Shown: positions 9,666-19,548 of the stretch, piece by piece
Layout: the number at the start of each line of letters is the position of its first letter
Position numbering within the stretch: position 1 is the first letter of the stretch
From: Terracidiphilus sp.
Lineage (GTDB): Bacteria > Acidobacteriota > Terriglobia > Terriglobales > Acidobacteriaceae
DNA length: 64,000 nt
NCBI GenBank assembly: GCA_049518955.1
Contig: JBEKRG010000003.1
Span: 1,443 to 65,442, forward strand
Reading direction: 5' to 3'
Notes under the pieces: model-generated
The model's input: the letters and a program-made list of their open reading frames with translations, nothing else
Told to the model about the DNA's origin: nothing
The model's database searches: none
Program-made: the position numbers and the translations under genes

Positions 9666-10535
9666 TTAGAACCTCTGGTGAATCACCTGCGCGTACCACA
9701 GCACCGGGCCGGCGAGAAGGAGTGCGTCAATGCGGTCCAGCATCCCTCCGTGCCCCGGCAGCAGGGTGCCTGAATCTTTTACGCCAGCCGATCGTTTCAG
9801 TGCCGACTCTGCCAGATCGCCTACCTGTCCAGCCACGTTGATGATTGCGGCCAGTCCCACCCAATACCACATCTCATCGGGATACGCGAGGACGGTGGAG
9901 GGAAATGCGCGCTCCAGCCAGGAAACAATTGCCGAGTTCGATGATTCCTGCATCATCGTCGCCAGGCTTACAAGAACGGCGGCAACAACTACACTGCCGG
10001 CCACTGATGCGATGGCTCCTTCCCAGGTCTTGCCCGGGCTCAGCGACGGTGCCATCTTGTGGTGTCCCCACGCGCGCCCTGCGTAGTAAGCCGCCGTGTC
10101 CCCCACCCACACCACGCAAAGCAGGAACACCACCAGAGAGGGACCGTTGGCCTGTTCGCGCAGCGAAGGCAGAGCGATCAGGGTAAGACCGGTGTAAAGC
10201 AGGCAAAAGATCGACGCCGACGCATCGGCAATGGTTTCCGCTACCGGCTTGAAGAAGGTGCAATAGACCAGCAGGCCAAGGCCCAGAATTCCAAACAGCG
10301 CCGGCGTCAGGTCGGGCCACTCAAAGTTCACCGCGAACAGCGCCAGCAGCGCCACCATGGTGGCAATGCGCGGCGGGTTCGCACCGCAGCGCCGACTCAA
10401 GACCATGTATTCCCACCCGGCCAGCGCCGCAACCGCCGCCACGGCCAGCGAGAACAGCCATTGCCATCGCGGACCGAGAAACACCAGAACAAGAACAATC
10501 GGAATCAGAACGAGAGCGGTGATAATGCGTTTCAT
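9666..10535 (-). CDS. cdsA: Phosphatidate cytidylyltransferase
   Basis: SPGKTWEG and GDLAESALKRSAGVKDSGTLLPGHGGMLDRID; multiple TM segments; uppS-cdsA-dxr-rseP order. Confidence 0.95.
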   Translation of the reverse strand: MKRIITALVLIPIVLVLVFLGPRWQWLFSLAVAAVAALAGWEYMVLSRRCGANPPRIATMVALLALFAVNFEWPDLTPALFGILGLGLLVYCTFFKPVAETIADASASIFCLLYTGLTLIALPSLREQANGPSLVVFLLCVVWVGDTAAYYAGRAWGHHKMAPSLSPGKTWEGAIASVAGSVVVAAVLVSLATMMQESSNSAIVSWLERAFPSTVLAYPDEMWYWVGLAAIINVAGQVGDLAESALKRSAGVKDSGTLLPGHGGMLDRIDALLLAGPVLWYAQVIHQRF

Positions 10536-10659
10536 TCAGCGTTGAGAATACACCGGCGGGGCGGAAAGCCCCGGTTACTGAAGATTTCCGGGCAGGATTG
10601 CGCCACCGCTTGGGATTCTGATTTGTGCGGAACAAGAGATCTGAAATGCCAAAGGGCGG

Positions 10660-11514
10660 TTAGCTTACCGCGATCCGGATCTGGTCGGGATTCTCTTCCA
10701 CCTCGCCACCATCTTCGCCGATCCCGCCATAGCGGCGTTCGCGGCGCTGGAAGTCAGCGATGGCCTCCAGCAGGTGGATTCCCCTGAAGTCAGGCCAGTA
10801 GCGCTCGGTGACGAAGATCTCGGTATAAGCGATCTGCCAAAGCAGGAAGTTCGAGATCCGTTGCTCGCCTGAGGTGCGGATGAGCAGATCGGGATCCGGC
10901 ATGTGCGCCGTGTAGAGATGGCGGTGAATGTCTTCTTCCGTGACACGATCCGGGCTAAGATGCTTGTCTTTCAGCTCGGCCATCAGCCCGCGGAAGGCAT
11001 CCAAAAGCTCCGATCGTCCGCCGTAATTCAGGGCCAGCGTCAGCGTGGTGCCTGTGTTGCCAGCCGTCTCCTCCTCCACCCAGCGAATCTTGTCCTGGAC
11101 GTCAGGCGCCAACTCATCTGTCCGCCCAATGGACCGGAAGCGAACGTTGTTGATTCCCATCCGCTCGACGTTGCTTTCCAGGTAGGTCTTCAGCAGGCGC
11201 ATCAGGAAGCTGACTTCGGCGCGAGGCCGTCGCAGATTGTTTTCGAGAGAAAACGCATAGAGTGTCAGCCACGGCAAGCCGATGCGGGAAGCTGTTTCCG
11301 TCACCAGTTGCACCGATTTTGCACCTTGCTGATGTCCCACAAAGCGCTTGAGCGAGCGCCGGCCGGCCCACCGGCCATTGCCATCCATGATGATGGCCAC
11401 GTGCCGCGGCAACTGCTCCGGCTTCAGCGTCGCATAGACAGCGCGCTCTTCCGGGCTCAGTTCATCGATACGTAATGGGGGAATTGGAGGCAAGGAATCG
11501 ACTGAAGATCGCAT
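10660..11514 (-). CDS. uppS: Undecaprenyl diphosphate synthase (cis-prenyltransferase)
   Basis: HVAIIMDGNGRW, DPDLLIRTSGEQRISNFLLWQIAY, ERRYGG. Confidence 0.96.
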   Translation of the reverse strand: MRSSVDSLPPIPPLRIDELSPEERAVYATLKPEQLPRHVAIIMDGNGRWAGRRSLKRFVGHQQGAKSVQLVTETASRIGLPWLTLYAFSLENNLRRPRAEVSFLMRLLKTYLESNVERMGINNVRFRSIGRTDELAPDVQDKIRWVEEETAGNTGTTLTLALNYGGRSELLDAFRGLMAELKDKHLSPDRVTEEDIHRHLYTAHMPDPDLLIRTSGEQRISNFLLWQIAYTEIFVTERYWPDFRGIHLLEAIADFQRRERRYGGIGEDGGEVEENPDQIRIAVS

Positions 11515-11738
11515 TTGCGCTTTCCACGCGGAGGCCCGGACTGCATCCCGAAGTGGCGCCTACGGAGTTCGCGCACGGTGGGTTAGATGCCGCTGACTGC
11601 GTGAGCGAAATTCCCGTCGGCATGCGAGACGCCTGTGGCCGAATCCGGGAGTCACACCATCGACCGTAAAGCATTTTAGGGAATTCTGCAACGGAGCGTT
11701 TTGGCGTACTAAGCACGGGCACACCAAAACAATCGAGA

Positions 11739-11767
11739 CTCCCGCCGAAAAGGGGCTCGGGCGGGAG
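11739..11767 (-). terminator. Possible hairpin terminator downstream of the XRE regulator
   Basis: CTCCCGCC (11739-11746) and GGCGGGAG (11760-11767) form an inverted repeat; only a weak T-run follows on the minus strand. Confidence 0.3.
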
Positions 11768-11858
11768 ATTCCGAAGATGCGGCAAGCCATGCGTCGCCCA
11801 GGCCATGAGCCGCGCGCGAGCTTTCGAGCGAGACGGGGAGGCCTGCCTGGCTTCTGCT

Positions 11859-12395
11859 CTACGCCGTGCGGCGGCGGCCAGTTGACGCGTCTCTCACTGC
11901 GCCGAAGAACAGCGTCCGGTGCAGCGAATCCAGATGCGGCAACAACTCGGCAACTTCGGCCAGGAACGGGTCGCTCAGAATCGAAGTGACTTCTTCGTCG
12001 CGGCGGCTCCGCTCATCCCGGACCAGTTGGCGTATCTCGACGCCCAGAGCCGTAGCCAGCCGTTCTAGCGATCCCAGCGTGGGAATCGCCTTGCCGTTCT
12101 CGATTTTCGAGATGTAGGTGCGCGGTACCTGCATCCTCCCTGCCAATTGCCGCTGGCTCAGATGGCGCGCCCTGCGCAATTCGCGCACTTGCGCAGCCAC
12201 CTGCATGCCGGCGCCGCCACTTACTGGCACGGGCTGGCTTGTCACCAGCCGTGGGGCCAGATAGACGGGCTCCTCGATGTCAAGGGGCCTGTGGCATTTT
12301 CGGCAAAGGGAGTTGCTGGTCCTATACTGCATCAGCCTGCAGTATTCACACCGCACCACTTCGCGTGATTCCACGCTAACGATTGAAGTTGCCAT
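11859..12395 (-). CDS. XRE/Cro-family HTH regulator with N-terminal zinc ribbon
   Basis: CEYC-x12-CRKC followed by LSQRQLAGRMQVPRTYISKIENGKAIPTLGSLERLA. Confidence 0.88.
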   Translation of the reverse strand: MATSIVSVESREVVRCEYCRLMQYRTSNSLCRKCHRPLDIEEPVYLAPRLVTSQPVPVSGGAGMQVAAQVRELRRARHLSQRQLAGRMQVPRTYISKIENGKAIPTLGSLERLATALGVEIRQLVRDERSRRDEEVTSILSDPFLAEVAELLPHLDSLHRTLFFGAVRDASTGRRRTA

Positions 12396-12461
12396 TTAGG
12401 GATGCGCGGAGTGCCAGAGCGTGGGACTCCAGATGCATCGCTGCACCTTGATTGGTGCTAC

Positions 12462-12495
12462 TTTCTACGAATGAACCATAATTGTCAAGTAGAAA
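12462..12495 (-). promoter_or_regulatory. Sigma70-like -35 (TTGACA) flanked by a TTTCTAC/GTAGAAA inverted repeat
   Basis: TTTCTAC 12462-12468 and GTAGAAA 12489-12495; minus-strand TTGACA at 12483-12488 points toward the XRE gene. Confidence 0.45.
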
Positions 12496-12579
12496 TTCAG
12501 GGTCAAACCGACAAAAGCAGGATGAGACTCCCAAGAAACCCCACAAATCGCGAACCACATTGATCAACAGGAGATCTAA

Positions 12580-13182
12580 ATGACAGCCAACTCGAGCTTT
12601 AGCCGACAGTGCGCTTGGCAGCTTCTTAACGATTGGACCCAAAGCGAAAGTTTGCGCAAGCACGCGTTGGCCGTAGAAGCCTGCGTCGTCGCGTACGGTG
12701 AGCAGGAGGCGGGTCGGATAGCGCTCGAGGGCGACGCGCGCACCGCTCTGGTCGAGCTCTACTCGACCACCGCTCTTCTCCACGACTTCGACTATGAGCG
12801 CCATCCCACGCCCGAAGAGCACCCCTTCGTTGGTGTCCGCGAACTGGAGCGCCTGGGCTGGCCGGAGGAACTTCGCATCGCCATCCTTGGCCACGCGCTC
12901 TACTCCGGCGTGCCGCGCACCACTCACCTCGCCAAAGTCCTCTTTGCCTGCGATGAGCTGGCCGGCTTTCTGACCGCCTGCGCCTTGGTCAAGCCGACTA
13001 AATCCATCGCAGACGTCGAAGTCACGAGCGTGAAAAAAAAGATGAAAGACAAGGCCTTCGCCCGCGGCGTCCACCGCGAGGACATCGTGCAAGGCGCAGC
13101 CGAACTCGGCGTCGACCTCGACACCCACATTGCGTTCTGCGTCGAGGCGATGAAAAAGCGGGCCAGCGAACTGGGGCTGTGA
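12580..13182 (+). CDS. HD/HDIG-domain metal-dependent phosphohydrolase
   Basis: RKHALAVE, LLHDFDYE, DELAGF, KKKMKDKAFARGV; AGGAG SD. Confidence 0.9.
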   Translation: MTANSSFSRQCAWQLLNDWTQSESLRKHALAVEACVVAYGEQEAGRIALEGDARTALVELYSTTALLHDFDYERHPTPEEHPFVGVRELERLGWPEELRIAILGHALYSGVPRTTHLAKVLFACDELAGFLTACALVKPTKSIADVEVTSVKKKMKDKAFARGVHREDIVQGAAELGVDLDTHIAFCVEAMKKRASELGL

Positions 13183-13306
13183 GCTCAGAGCAGTTTCATA
13201 AATGGATTCGACCCAACTTGGCCCTGTCTCAGCGTGCCAGTGGAAGCTCGAGCCCAAACCTGACTCAAAAGGGGCTAACAGCTGATGGCGAATGGCTAAA
13301 GCTGCT

Positions 13307-13699
13307 TTATCTCCGCCACTCACCGCTCTCGACCCGCGGCAGATCGCGCGACTCCCGATTGTACCGATAAAACCAGCACTCCACCGTCCGGCCCGTCTTC
13401 AACTCCACAGCTTGCCGCTCGCGAATGTACTCGCTCGTCTCCGGCGCATTCGGATCGAAGCCCTCGTAAAGGTCGAGTCGTTCGAGTACGCTTTCATCCT
13501 GCGGCATCTCCATCACCGTCCCGAAAATCCTGCCCTCTGCTGTTGGATCGGCGATGGCGCCGGGATAGCCGCCAAGATCGTAGAGCAACCCGCGTACAGA
13601 TCCCTCACCCACAGGCCGCAGCTTCGCTGCCAGGCGCGCAATCTTCGTCGGCGCAAGACCCGGCTGTAGCGTCCCGTACGCAAAAATGAATTGGCTCAT
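13307..13699 (-). CDS. Gamma-glutamylcyclotransferase (AIG2-like)
   Basis: FAYGTL, LYDLGGYPG, LDLYEG. Confidence 0.88.
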   Translation of the reverse strand: MSQFIFAYGTLQPGLAPTKIARLAAKLRPVGEGSVRGLLYDLGGYPGAIADPTAEGRIFGTVMEMPQDESVLERLDLYEGFDPNAPETSEYIRERQAVELKTGRTVECWFYRYNRESRDLPRVESGEWRR

Positions 13700-13745
13700 A
13701 TTCGCGCTATTCTATTAGGCGATCCCCGCTCAGGAGGTCCCCCGC

Positions 13746-14531
13746 ATGAAACTCCCCATTGCCACCGCAGCCGTTGTCTGCGCTGTTGTACTCTCTACGT
13801 TCACCCACGCGCAGGACGTGATCACGCTCGATCATTGCTCCGGTGCGACGTTGCCGGTCACGTTTCAGGTTGACTGTACCCACGTGGCCGACCCGCAAAC
13901 CAAAGAGATGTGCTGGCCGTTTGCGGAGAACCAGGCGTGCAAGGTGTTTCAAGCGTATCGCAAGATTACAGGGATCCACCTTGAGCAATACTGCCCCACA
14001 TTCACCTATAAGCTTTACGACAAAGACCAGTGGCCGCAGGAGCCCGGCGATGCCGGCGGATTCGCGCGCCGTTGCGGCGCCGACCTGACAATGGACGGGA
14101 TCATTCAATCGAGCATTGGGCCTTATGATGTACATGAGATATTGCACGTATACCAGGACAACGTGCTCGGCGCCCTGCCCGACGGACACATTCTGTTTGG
14201 TCCCGCCATGGCCGAAGCGCAGCGGCTGATCGGCGACGGCAAGAGCTATTGGAACACGATGGGTCGGATGAAGGCGGAACTGGCTCGCACGACGGACGCG
14301 CAGTATGCAGGCCTTGAGCCGGATCGCCAGTGCGTGAAGGCTGAGTTTTATATCGAAGACAGCCTCTACTCGAAGAGCGTAAACAACGTAGAGCTGTTCT
14401 ATTCGAACATCGAGCGCGGCGGCGCCAAAGACATGGCGAGTCGTCTGGCACGCTTCAATCGCATGTTCGATGCCGTTTCAGGAGGAACAGCGAGACAGTA
14501 TCTGCTCGCGCATGGCTGCGCGCCGTTCTAA
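13746..14531 (+). CDS. Secreted hypothetical protein with HExxH motif (possible zinc metalloprotein)
   Basis: Signal peptide ending AHA/AQ, GGAGG SD, HEILH at 14133-14147, 8 Cys in the mature part. Confidence 0.7.
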   Translation: MKLPIATAAVVCAVVLSTFTHAQDVITLDHCSGATLPVTFQVDCTHVADPQTKEMCWPFAENQACKVFQAYRKITGIHLEQYCPTFTYKLYDKDQWPQEPGDAGGFARRCGADLTMDGIIQSSIGPYDVHEILHVYQDNVLGALPDGHILFGPAMAEAQRLIGDGKSYWNTMGRMKAELARTTDAQYAGLEPDRQCVKAEFYIEDSLYSKSVNNVELFYSNIERGGAKDMASRLARFNRMFDAVSGGTARQYLLAHGCAPF

Positions 14532-14558
14532 ACGCTCGCGAAACTCGAGAGTCTCGCG

Positions 14559-15548
14559 TTACGCCAGCGGGTTCTTCGACCGCAATTCCGCCACAATCTC
14601 CTTCGCCGCCGCCCGCGCCTCCACTTCCTTGTCCGGCGGAAAGCTTATCGCTCCCACGCGCGCGTGCCCGCCCCCACCGTAGCGTTCGCAAATCTGCGCC
14701 AGGTTCACCATCTTTGCGGGGTCCATTTTCGTCCACGGATTCGATCCTACGGCTACCTTCGTCCGGAAGCTCGACTTCGATAGCCCAATCGAGTAGATCG
14801 CTTTCGGATACAGATAGTACGGGATGAACTTGTTGAATCCTTCCAGAGGGTGGTCGGTGATGTCGAAGAAGATGGTTCCGTCGCGCTCTTCCGCGCGGCT
14901 CCGAATCAGCTCCAGTGCCTCTTCATGGCGTTTCATCAGTGGCGGAAGAAGCGGCTCAACAAACGGCTGTTTCAGAATCTCCGCCAACGGTATCTTTGTC
15001 AGCAGTGGAATCAGCCGCGGAATGAAACCCGGATCCTCCGTCGCCTCGATGATGAGGGTGAGCTTCATCGCTGGCGCAGCCATCTCCACGGCCGCTTCCG
15101 GGCTCTCGTACTTGGCGCCATCCACGATGTCCGCCCAATGAATCAGCTCCGCCACGGGCGCCGTATCGAATCCATAGCGCGTCTTGGCGATGTGCGCCAG
15201 AAAGCTTGTACACGACGTGTAGTTAGGATCGAAGAACTTCCGCGCGGCGCAACTCGGGTCGCGCTGGCACGCCAGAAAGTTTTCGTGATCCTCCTGCGTC
15301 AGGAATGCCGATTGGTGGTGATCGAACCACCACGCGATGCGCGGCGAAGCAGAGTATTTGAAGTCCACGATGGCGTTTTCGTCGCCGGTGAACTCGCTCT
15401 CATCAAACAGCGCTCCAGCCCGGTGGACCAGCCCGTGATACTCGTAGCTCGCGTCCCGGGTTAAGCACTCTTGATGAAAGCGCGTAAACAGCGAGGCCGA
15501 GCAAGCTCCGTCAAAGCACTTGTCGTGATAAAAGACGCGAACCTGCAT
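14559..15548 (-). CDS. DHH/DHHA1-family phosphoesterase
   Basis: HDKCFDG, VDF, FDHH, GGGHARVG; start trimmed to ATG 15548 with GGAGG SD. Confidence 0.88.
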   Translation of the reverse strand: MQVRVFYHDKCFDGACSASLFTRFHQECLTRDASYEYHGLVHRAGALFDESEFTGDENAIVDFKYSASPRIAWWFDHHQSAFLTQEDHENFLACQRDPSCAARKFFDPNYTSCTSFLAHIAKTRYGFDTAPVAELIHWADIVDGAKYESPEAAVEMAAPAMKLTLIIEATEDPGFIPRLIPLLTKIPLAEILKQPFVEPLLPPLMKRHEEALELIRSRAEERDGTIFFDITDHPLEGFNKFIPYYLYPKAIYSIGLSKSSFRTKVAVGSNPWTKMDPAKMVNLAQICERYGGGGHARVGAISFPPDKEVEARAAAKEIVAELRSKNPLA

Positions 15549-15745
15549 CACCGGGGGAGTCCTCCTCGAGCCGTCGCCTAAAAAAGCGGAACTGTTCAGC
15601 ATCAAGGCCGGGGCCGATTGTGTCAAGCTGAGCCAGATCACTCTGCCCACATTCCGACCCTAACGTGATCGCCGTCTGCCTCGTCGTAGTCCGCGTCACA
15701 AGCGGCAAACTCGGCCATCGTTTACCCTCATGAGAGTCTTCCTGC

Positions 15746-17326
15746 ATGACCACGGCAGCCGCTCAAGCTCGTTACCCGCTCACCCAGGGCGTTAACCCGT
15801 GGCTAGTCACTGTTTCGGTCATGCTTCCCACCTTCATGGAGGTGCTTGACACCGCGATCGCCTCGGTGGCCCTGCCCTACATCGCCGGCTCGCTGTCCGC
15901 CTCCAACTCCGAGGCCACATGGGTGCTTACCAGCTACCTGGTTGCAAACGCGGTCATTCTGCCCGCCTCGAATTGGTTTGCGCGGCGCTTCGGCCGCAAG
16001 CGCTTTCTGCTCACCTGCGTCATCCTCTTCACCATCGCATCGTTCTTCTGCGGGGCGGCCCCGTCGCTGGCCGTCATACTGTTGGCCCGCGTCCTCCAGG
16101 GCGCAGGCGGCGGTGCTCTCCAGCCCTTGTCGCAATCCATTCTGCTCGAAAGCTTCTCACTTAGGGACCGCTCCAAAGCCATGGCCGCGTACGGGCTTGG
16201 AATCGTTTGTGCTCCTGTCCTCGGCCCCACTCTGGGCGGCTGGCTCACCGACACGTTTAGCTGGCGCTACGCCTTCTATATCAACATTCCCGTCGGCATC
16301 CTTGCCGTCATCATGATCAGCCGCTTCGTCCACGACCCGCCTTACATCAAGAACGCCAAGGTGGGCGCCTTCGACAACATCGGCTTTGGTCTGTTGATCG
16401 TCTGGACCGGCTGCTTGCAGATCGTCCTCGACAAAGGTCAGGAGGACGATTGGTTCGGCGCCATATGGGTGCGCTGGGCGGTGGCGGCGCTCATCATCGC
16501 GCTTCTCTTGTGGATCTGGCACTCTTGGGTCCATCCCAAAGGCCTTGTCGATCTGCACATCCTCAAGAACCCCAACTTCCGAACCGGCTGCCTGATGATT
16601 GCCATGCTCGGCATGTGCATCTACATCACCATTGCCATCCTGCCGCTCTACTATCAGGAGATTCTGGGCTACACCGCATTCACCGCGGGCCTCGTCGTCT
16701 TTCCCCGCGGCGTCGGCTCCTTCATCGGCTCACCCATCATCGGCATTCTCGGTTCGCGCATCGACAACCGCAAGCTACTCTGCGCCGGGTTCCTCGGTTT
16801 CGCCGTCTGCGCTTTCATCTTTGGCGAGGTCAACCTCGACATCGGCCCCTACACGCTGCTCTTTCCCATCACACTCACTGGTTTTGCGCTCAGCTTCGTC
16901 TTCGTGCCCCTGGCCACTTTGTCCACCCGCACCATCTCGAGGAACGAGATGGGTAACGCCACCGGCCTCTTCAACATGCTGCGCAACATCGGCGGGTCAA
17001 TTGGAATTGCGATGGCTACCACGGCGATCATTCGCCGCGCCGCGTTGCATCAGACCGAACTGGGCGCGAACCTCTCTCCCAGCTCAGCCGTTCTGCAGCA
17101 GAAGTCCGCCATCATCGCCACGTACCTCGGCCATCGCATCGGCCCGGCAAACGCGCGCCCCGGCTCCTACGGCCTGATTTACGGCCTGATGCAGCAGCAG
17201 GCCGCACAGCTTGCCTATGTCGATGTCTTTCGCTGGACCGCCGTGCTGGCACTCATCTGCGCCGCTTGCGCCTGGCTCTTCACAAAGCCGCCTGCGCACA
17301 CCGAAGCGCCGCCGGGTGCGCACTGA
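15746..17326 (+). CDS. DHA2 (EmrB/QacA-family) MFS efflux transporter
   Basis: FMEVLDTAIASVALP, WVLTSYLVAN, QIVLDKGQEDDWF, RNIGGSIGIA; about 14 TM segments. Confidence 0.93.
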   Translation: MTTAAAQARYPLTQGVNPWLVTVSVMLPTFMEVLDTAIASVALPYIAGSLSASNSEATWVLTSYLVANAVILPASNWFARRFGRKRFLLTCVILFTIASFFCGAAPSLAVILLARVLQGAGGGALQPLSQSILLESFSLRDRSKAMAAYGLGIVCAPVLGPTLGGWLTDTFSWRYAFYINIPVGILAVIMISRFVHDPPYIKNAKVGAFDNIGFGLLIVWTGCLQIVLDKGQEDDWFGAIWVRWAVAALIIALLLWIWHSWVHPKGLVDLHILKNPNFRTGCLMIAMLGMCIYITIAILPLYYQEILGYTAFTAGLVVFPRGVGSFIGSPIIGILGSRIDNRKLLCAGFLGFAVCAFIFGEVNLDIGPYTLLFPITLTGFALSFVFVPLATLSTRTISRNEMGNATGLFNMLRNIGGSIGIAMATTAIIRRAALHQTELGANLSPSSAVLQQKSAIIATYLGHRIGPANARPGSYGLIYGLMQQQAAQLAYVDVFRWTAVLALICAACAWLFTKPPAHTEAPPGAH

Positions 17327-17329
17327 GAG

Positions 17330-17947
17330 CTACCCCGCCAGCGCCACAAACTTTTTCAGGCCTTCGTCGTACTCCTCAATCTGCCCCGTCAGGATGTCGT
17401 AGTACCACCCGTGCACCGTCAGCCTGCCCTCCGCCATTGCGCGCTTTACGGGCATCTGCGCCTGCAGGTTCTTCAGTTGCGCCACTACATTGCCCCGGAT
17501 CAGCGACGCCAGTTCGGCGCTCTCGCCGTCGGCGGGATTCAGCGGTTGTTGGTACGCGAACGCCGCCTCCACATGCTCCAGCCAACGCCTCGCCTTTGGC
17601 AGGTTCTCCAGGCTCTTCCGGTCCAGCGTCGCTTTTAGCGCCCCGCAGTCCGAGTGCCCGCACACGATGATGTGCCGCACCTTCAGCACCTCCACCGCGT
17701 ATTCGATCGTGGCCGTCACGCCGTCTACGTCGTGGCTCGTCACTGGCACCACGTTGCCAATGCTGCGCGAGATAAACAGATCCCCCGGCTCCGTCCCCAG
17801 GATCAGATCGGGCAGCACGCGCGAATCCGCGCAGGTGATGAAAAGCCACTCCGGCGTCTGTCCTTCCGCTAGCAAATGGAAGTGGCTCTTTCTTGCCGGA
17901 AACACCTCGGCGAGAAATCTCTTATGTCCCTGAATTAGCTTTTGCAT
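17330..17947 (-). CDS. Beta-class carbonic anhydrase
   Basis: Zinc ligands in CADSRV and HSDCG; IEYAVEVL. Confidence 0.94.
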   Translation of the reverse strand: MQKLIQGHKRFLAEVFPARKSHFHLLAEGQTPEWLFITCADSRVLPDLILGTEPGDLFISRSIGNVVPVTSHDVDGVTATIEYAVEVLKVRHIIVCGHSDCGALKATLDRKSLENLPKARRWLEHVEAAFAYQQPLNPADGESAELASLIRGNVVAQLKNLQAQMPVKRAMAEGRLTVHGWYYDILTGQIEEYDEGLKKFVALAG

Positions 17948-18099
17948 TCTTGCTCAACGGCTCCATTCTCGCCCTGACAAAACTCATCCGCACTTGGAAT
18001 TACGGGTCGATCGTCTCTGCCAGCCTATCGTATGCGCGCCGGCCTCATTGCTCTGTCGGGCCCCCGGCGATCTATTCTGAACGAGAGGAAACGCCTCCC

Positions 18100-19548
18100 A
18101 TGCATCGTCTCCAAAGGTCTTCAATCCTCGCAATCCTGTCGATTCTGCTTCTGGGTTCCTGGGTACTTCGCGCGTCGGCTCAGGCTCCCAACCAAACTCC
18201 GAACCAGACCGTCATCAACCTCTCGCCCGATCTCCGCAGCCGCATCGATCGCATCGCCGCGCAGGTGCTCGAGGCCACCGGCGTGCCCTCGGCCTCCATC
18301 GCCGTCGTCCAGCACGGCAAGCTCGTCTACACCCACGCCTATGGATTTGCGCGCCTAGCCTCGGGCTCCGATCCCGCCGTCCCCGCCACGCCCTATATGC
18401 GTTACTCCATCGGCTCCATCTCCAAGCAATTCACTGCCGCCGCCATCCTCATGCTTCAGGAACAGGGCAAGCTCAACCTCGACGATCCCGTCGGCAGATT
18501 TGTCCCCGCTCTTACCCGCGGCAACGACGTCACCATCCGCCAGGTTCTCTCCCACACCTCCGGCTACCAGGACTACTGGCCCGAGGACTACGTCATGACT
18601 CCCATGCTCCAACCCGAAACCGCGCAGCAGATCCTCGACACCTGGGCCAAAAAACCGCTCGACTTCGATCCCGGGACTCAGTGGCAATACTCGAACACCA
18701 ACTATGTCATCGCCGGCCGTATCGTCGAGATCGTCTCCGGCAAGCCGCTCTTTCAATTCCTCACTGAGCGCATCTTCCGCCCGCTCGGGATGACTTCCGT
18801 CTGGAACTCCGACGCGAGCCAGCTCATGCCTCCCGATGCCACGGCCTACTATCGCCATGCTTTGGGTCCACTTCGCCCCGCACCCAAAGAAGGCGCAGGG
18901 TGGATGTTCGCGGCCGGCGAACTCGCTATGACAGCCCACGACCTCGCCCTGTGGGACGAAAGCCTCATCGCGCAATCGATCCTTAAACCCGAGAGCTACA
19001 AAGAAATGTTCACTGAGGTCAAGCTGAAAAATGGCAAAGGCACCGAATACGGCCTCGGTGTCGACGTTCGTGACCGCGATGGCCATCGCGCAATCGAGCA
19101 CTCCGGCGAAGTCTCCGGCTTCGTCTCCGACAACGAAGTCCTCATCGATGACAGCGCGGCCGTGGCCGTCCTCACCAACCAGGACGCCGTCGGCGCTGCT
19201 GGCACCATCGCAAAACTCGCCGCTCCGCTCGCCGCCGGCTATCCGCTCAGTGCTCCCGAACAGCAAGCCCTCGATATCTATCGCGGCTTGCAACAGGGCC
19301 GTATCGACCGCTCTCTCCTCGCGCCCAACCTCAGTGACTACTTCACGCCCCAGGCAATCTCAGACTTTCAGTCCAGCCTCGCGCCCCTCGGCGATCCGTT
19401 AAGCCTGCGCCAGACCAATGAAGAACTTCGCGGCGGCATGACCTTCCGCGTCTTCGACATCACCTATCCCGGCCGCCGTCTTCGCCTCACCACCTACACC
19501 TATCCCGATGGAAAGCTCGAACAGTACCTGATCGCGCCAACAGAGTGA
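18100..19548 (+). CDS. Secreted serine hydrolase, beta-lactamase/AmpC-like family
   Basis: SISK (SxxK), YSN (YxN), HSG; signal peptide from ATG 18100. Confidence 0.9.
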   Translation: MHRLQRSSILAILSILLLGSWVLRASAQAPNQTPNQTVINLSPDLRSRIDRIAAQVLEATGVPSASIAVVQHGKLVYTHAYGFARLASGSDPAVPATPYMRYSIGSISKQFTAAAILMLQEQGKLNLDDPVGRFVPALTRGNDVTIRQVLSHTSGYQDYWPEDYVMTPMLQPETAQQILDTWAKKPLDFDPGTQWQYSNTNYVIAGRIVEIVSGKPLFQFLTERIFRPLGMTSVWNSDASQLMPPDATAYYRHALGPLRPAPKEGAGWMFAAGELAMTAHDLALWDESLIAQSILKPESYKEMFTEVKLKNGKGTEYGLGVDVRDRDGHRAIEHSGEVSGFVSDNEVLIDDSAAVAVLTNQDAVGAAGTIAKLAAPLAAGYPLSAPEQQALDIYRGLQQGRIDRSLLAPNLSDYFTPQAISDFQSSLAPLGDPLSLRQTNEELRGGMTFRVFDITYPGRRLRLTTYTYPDGKLEQYLIAPTE

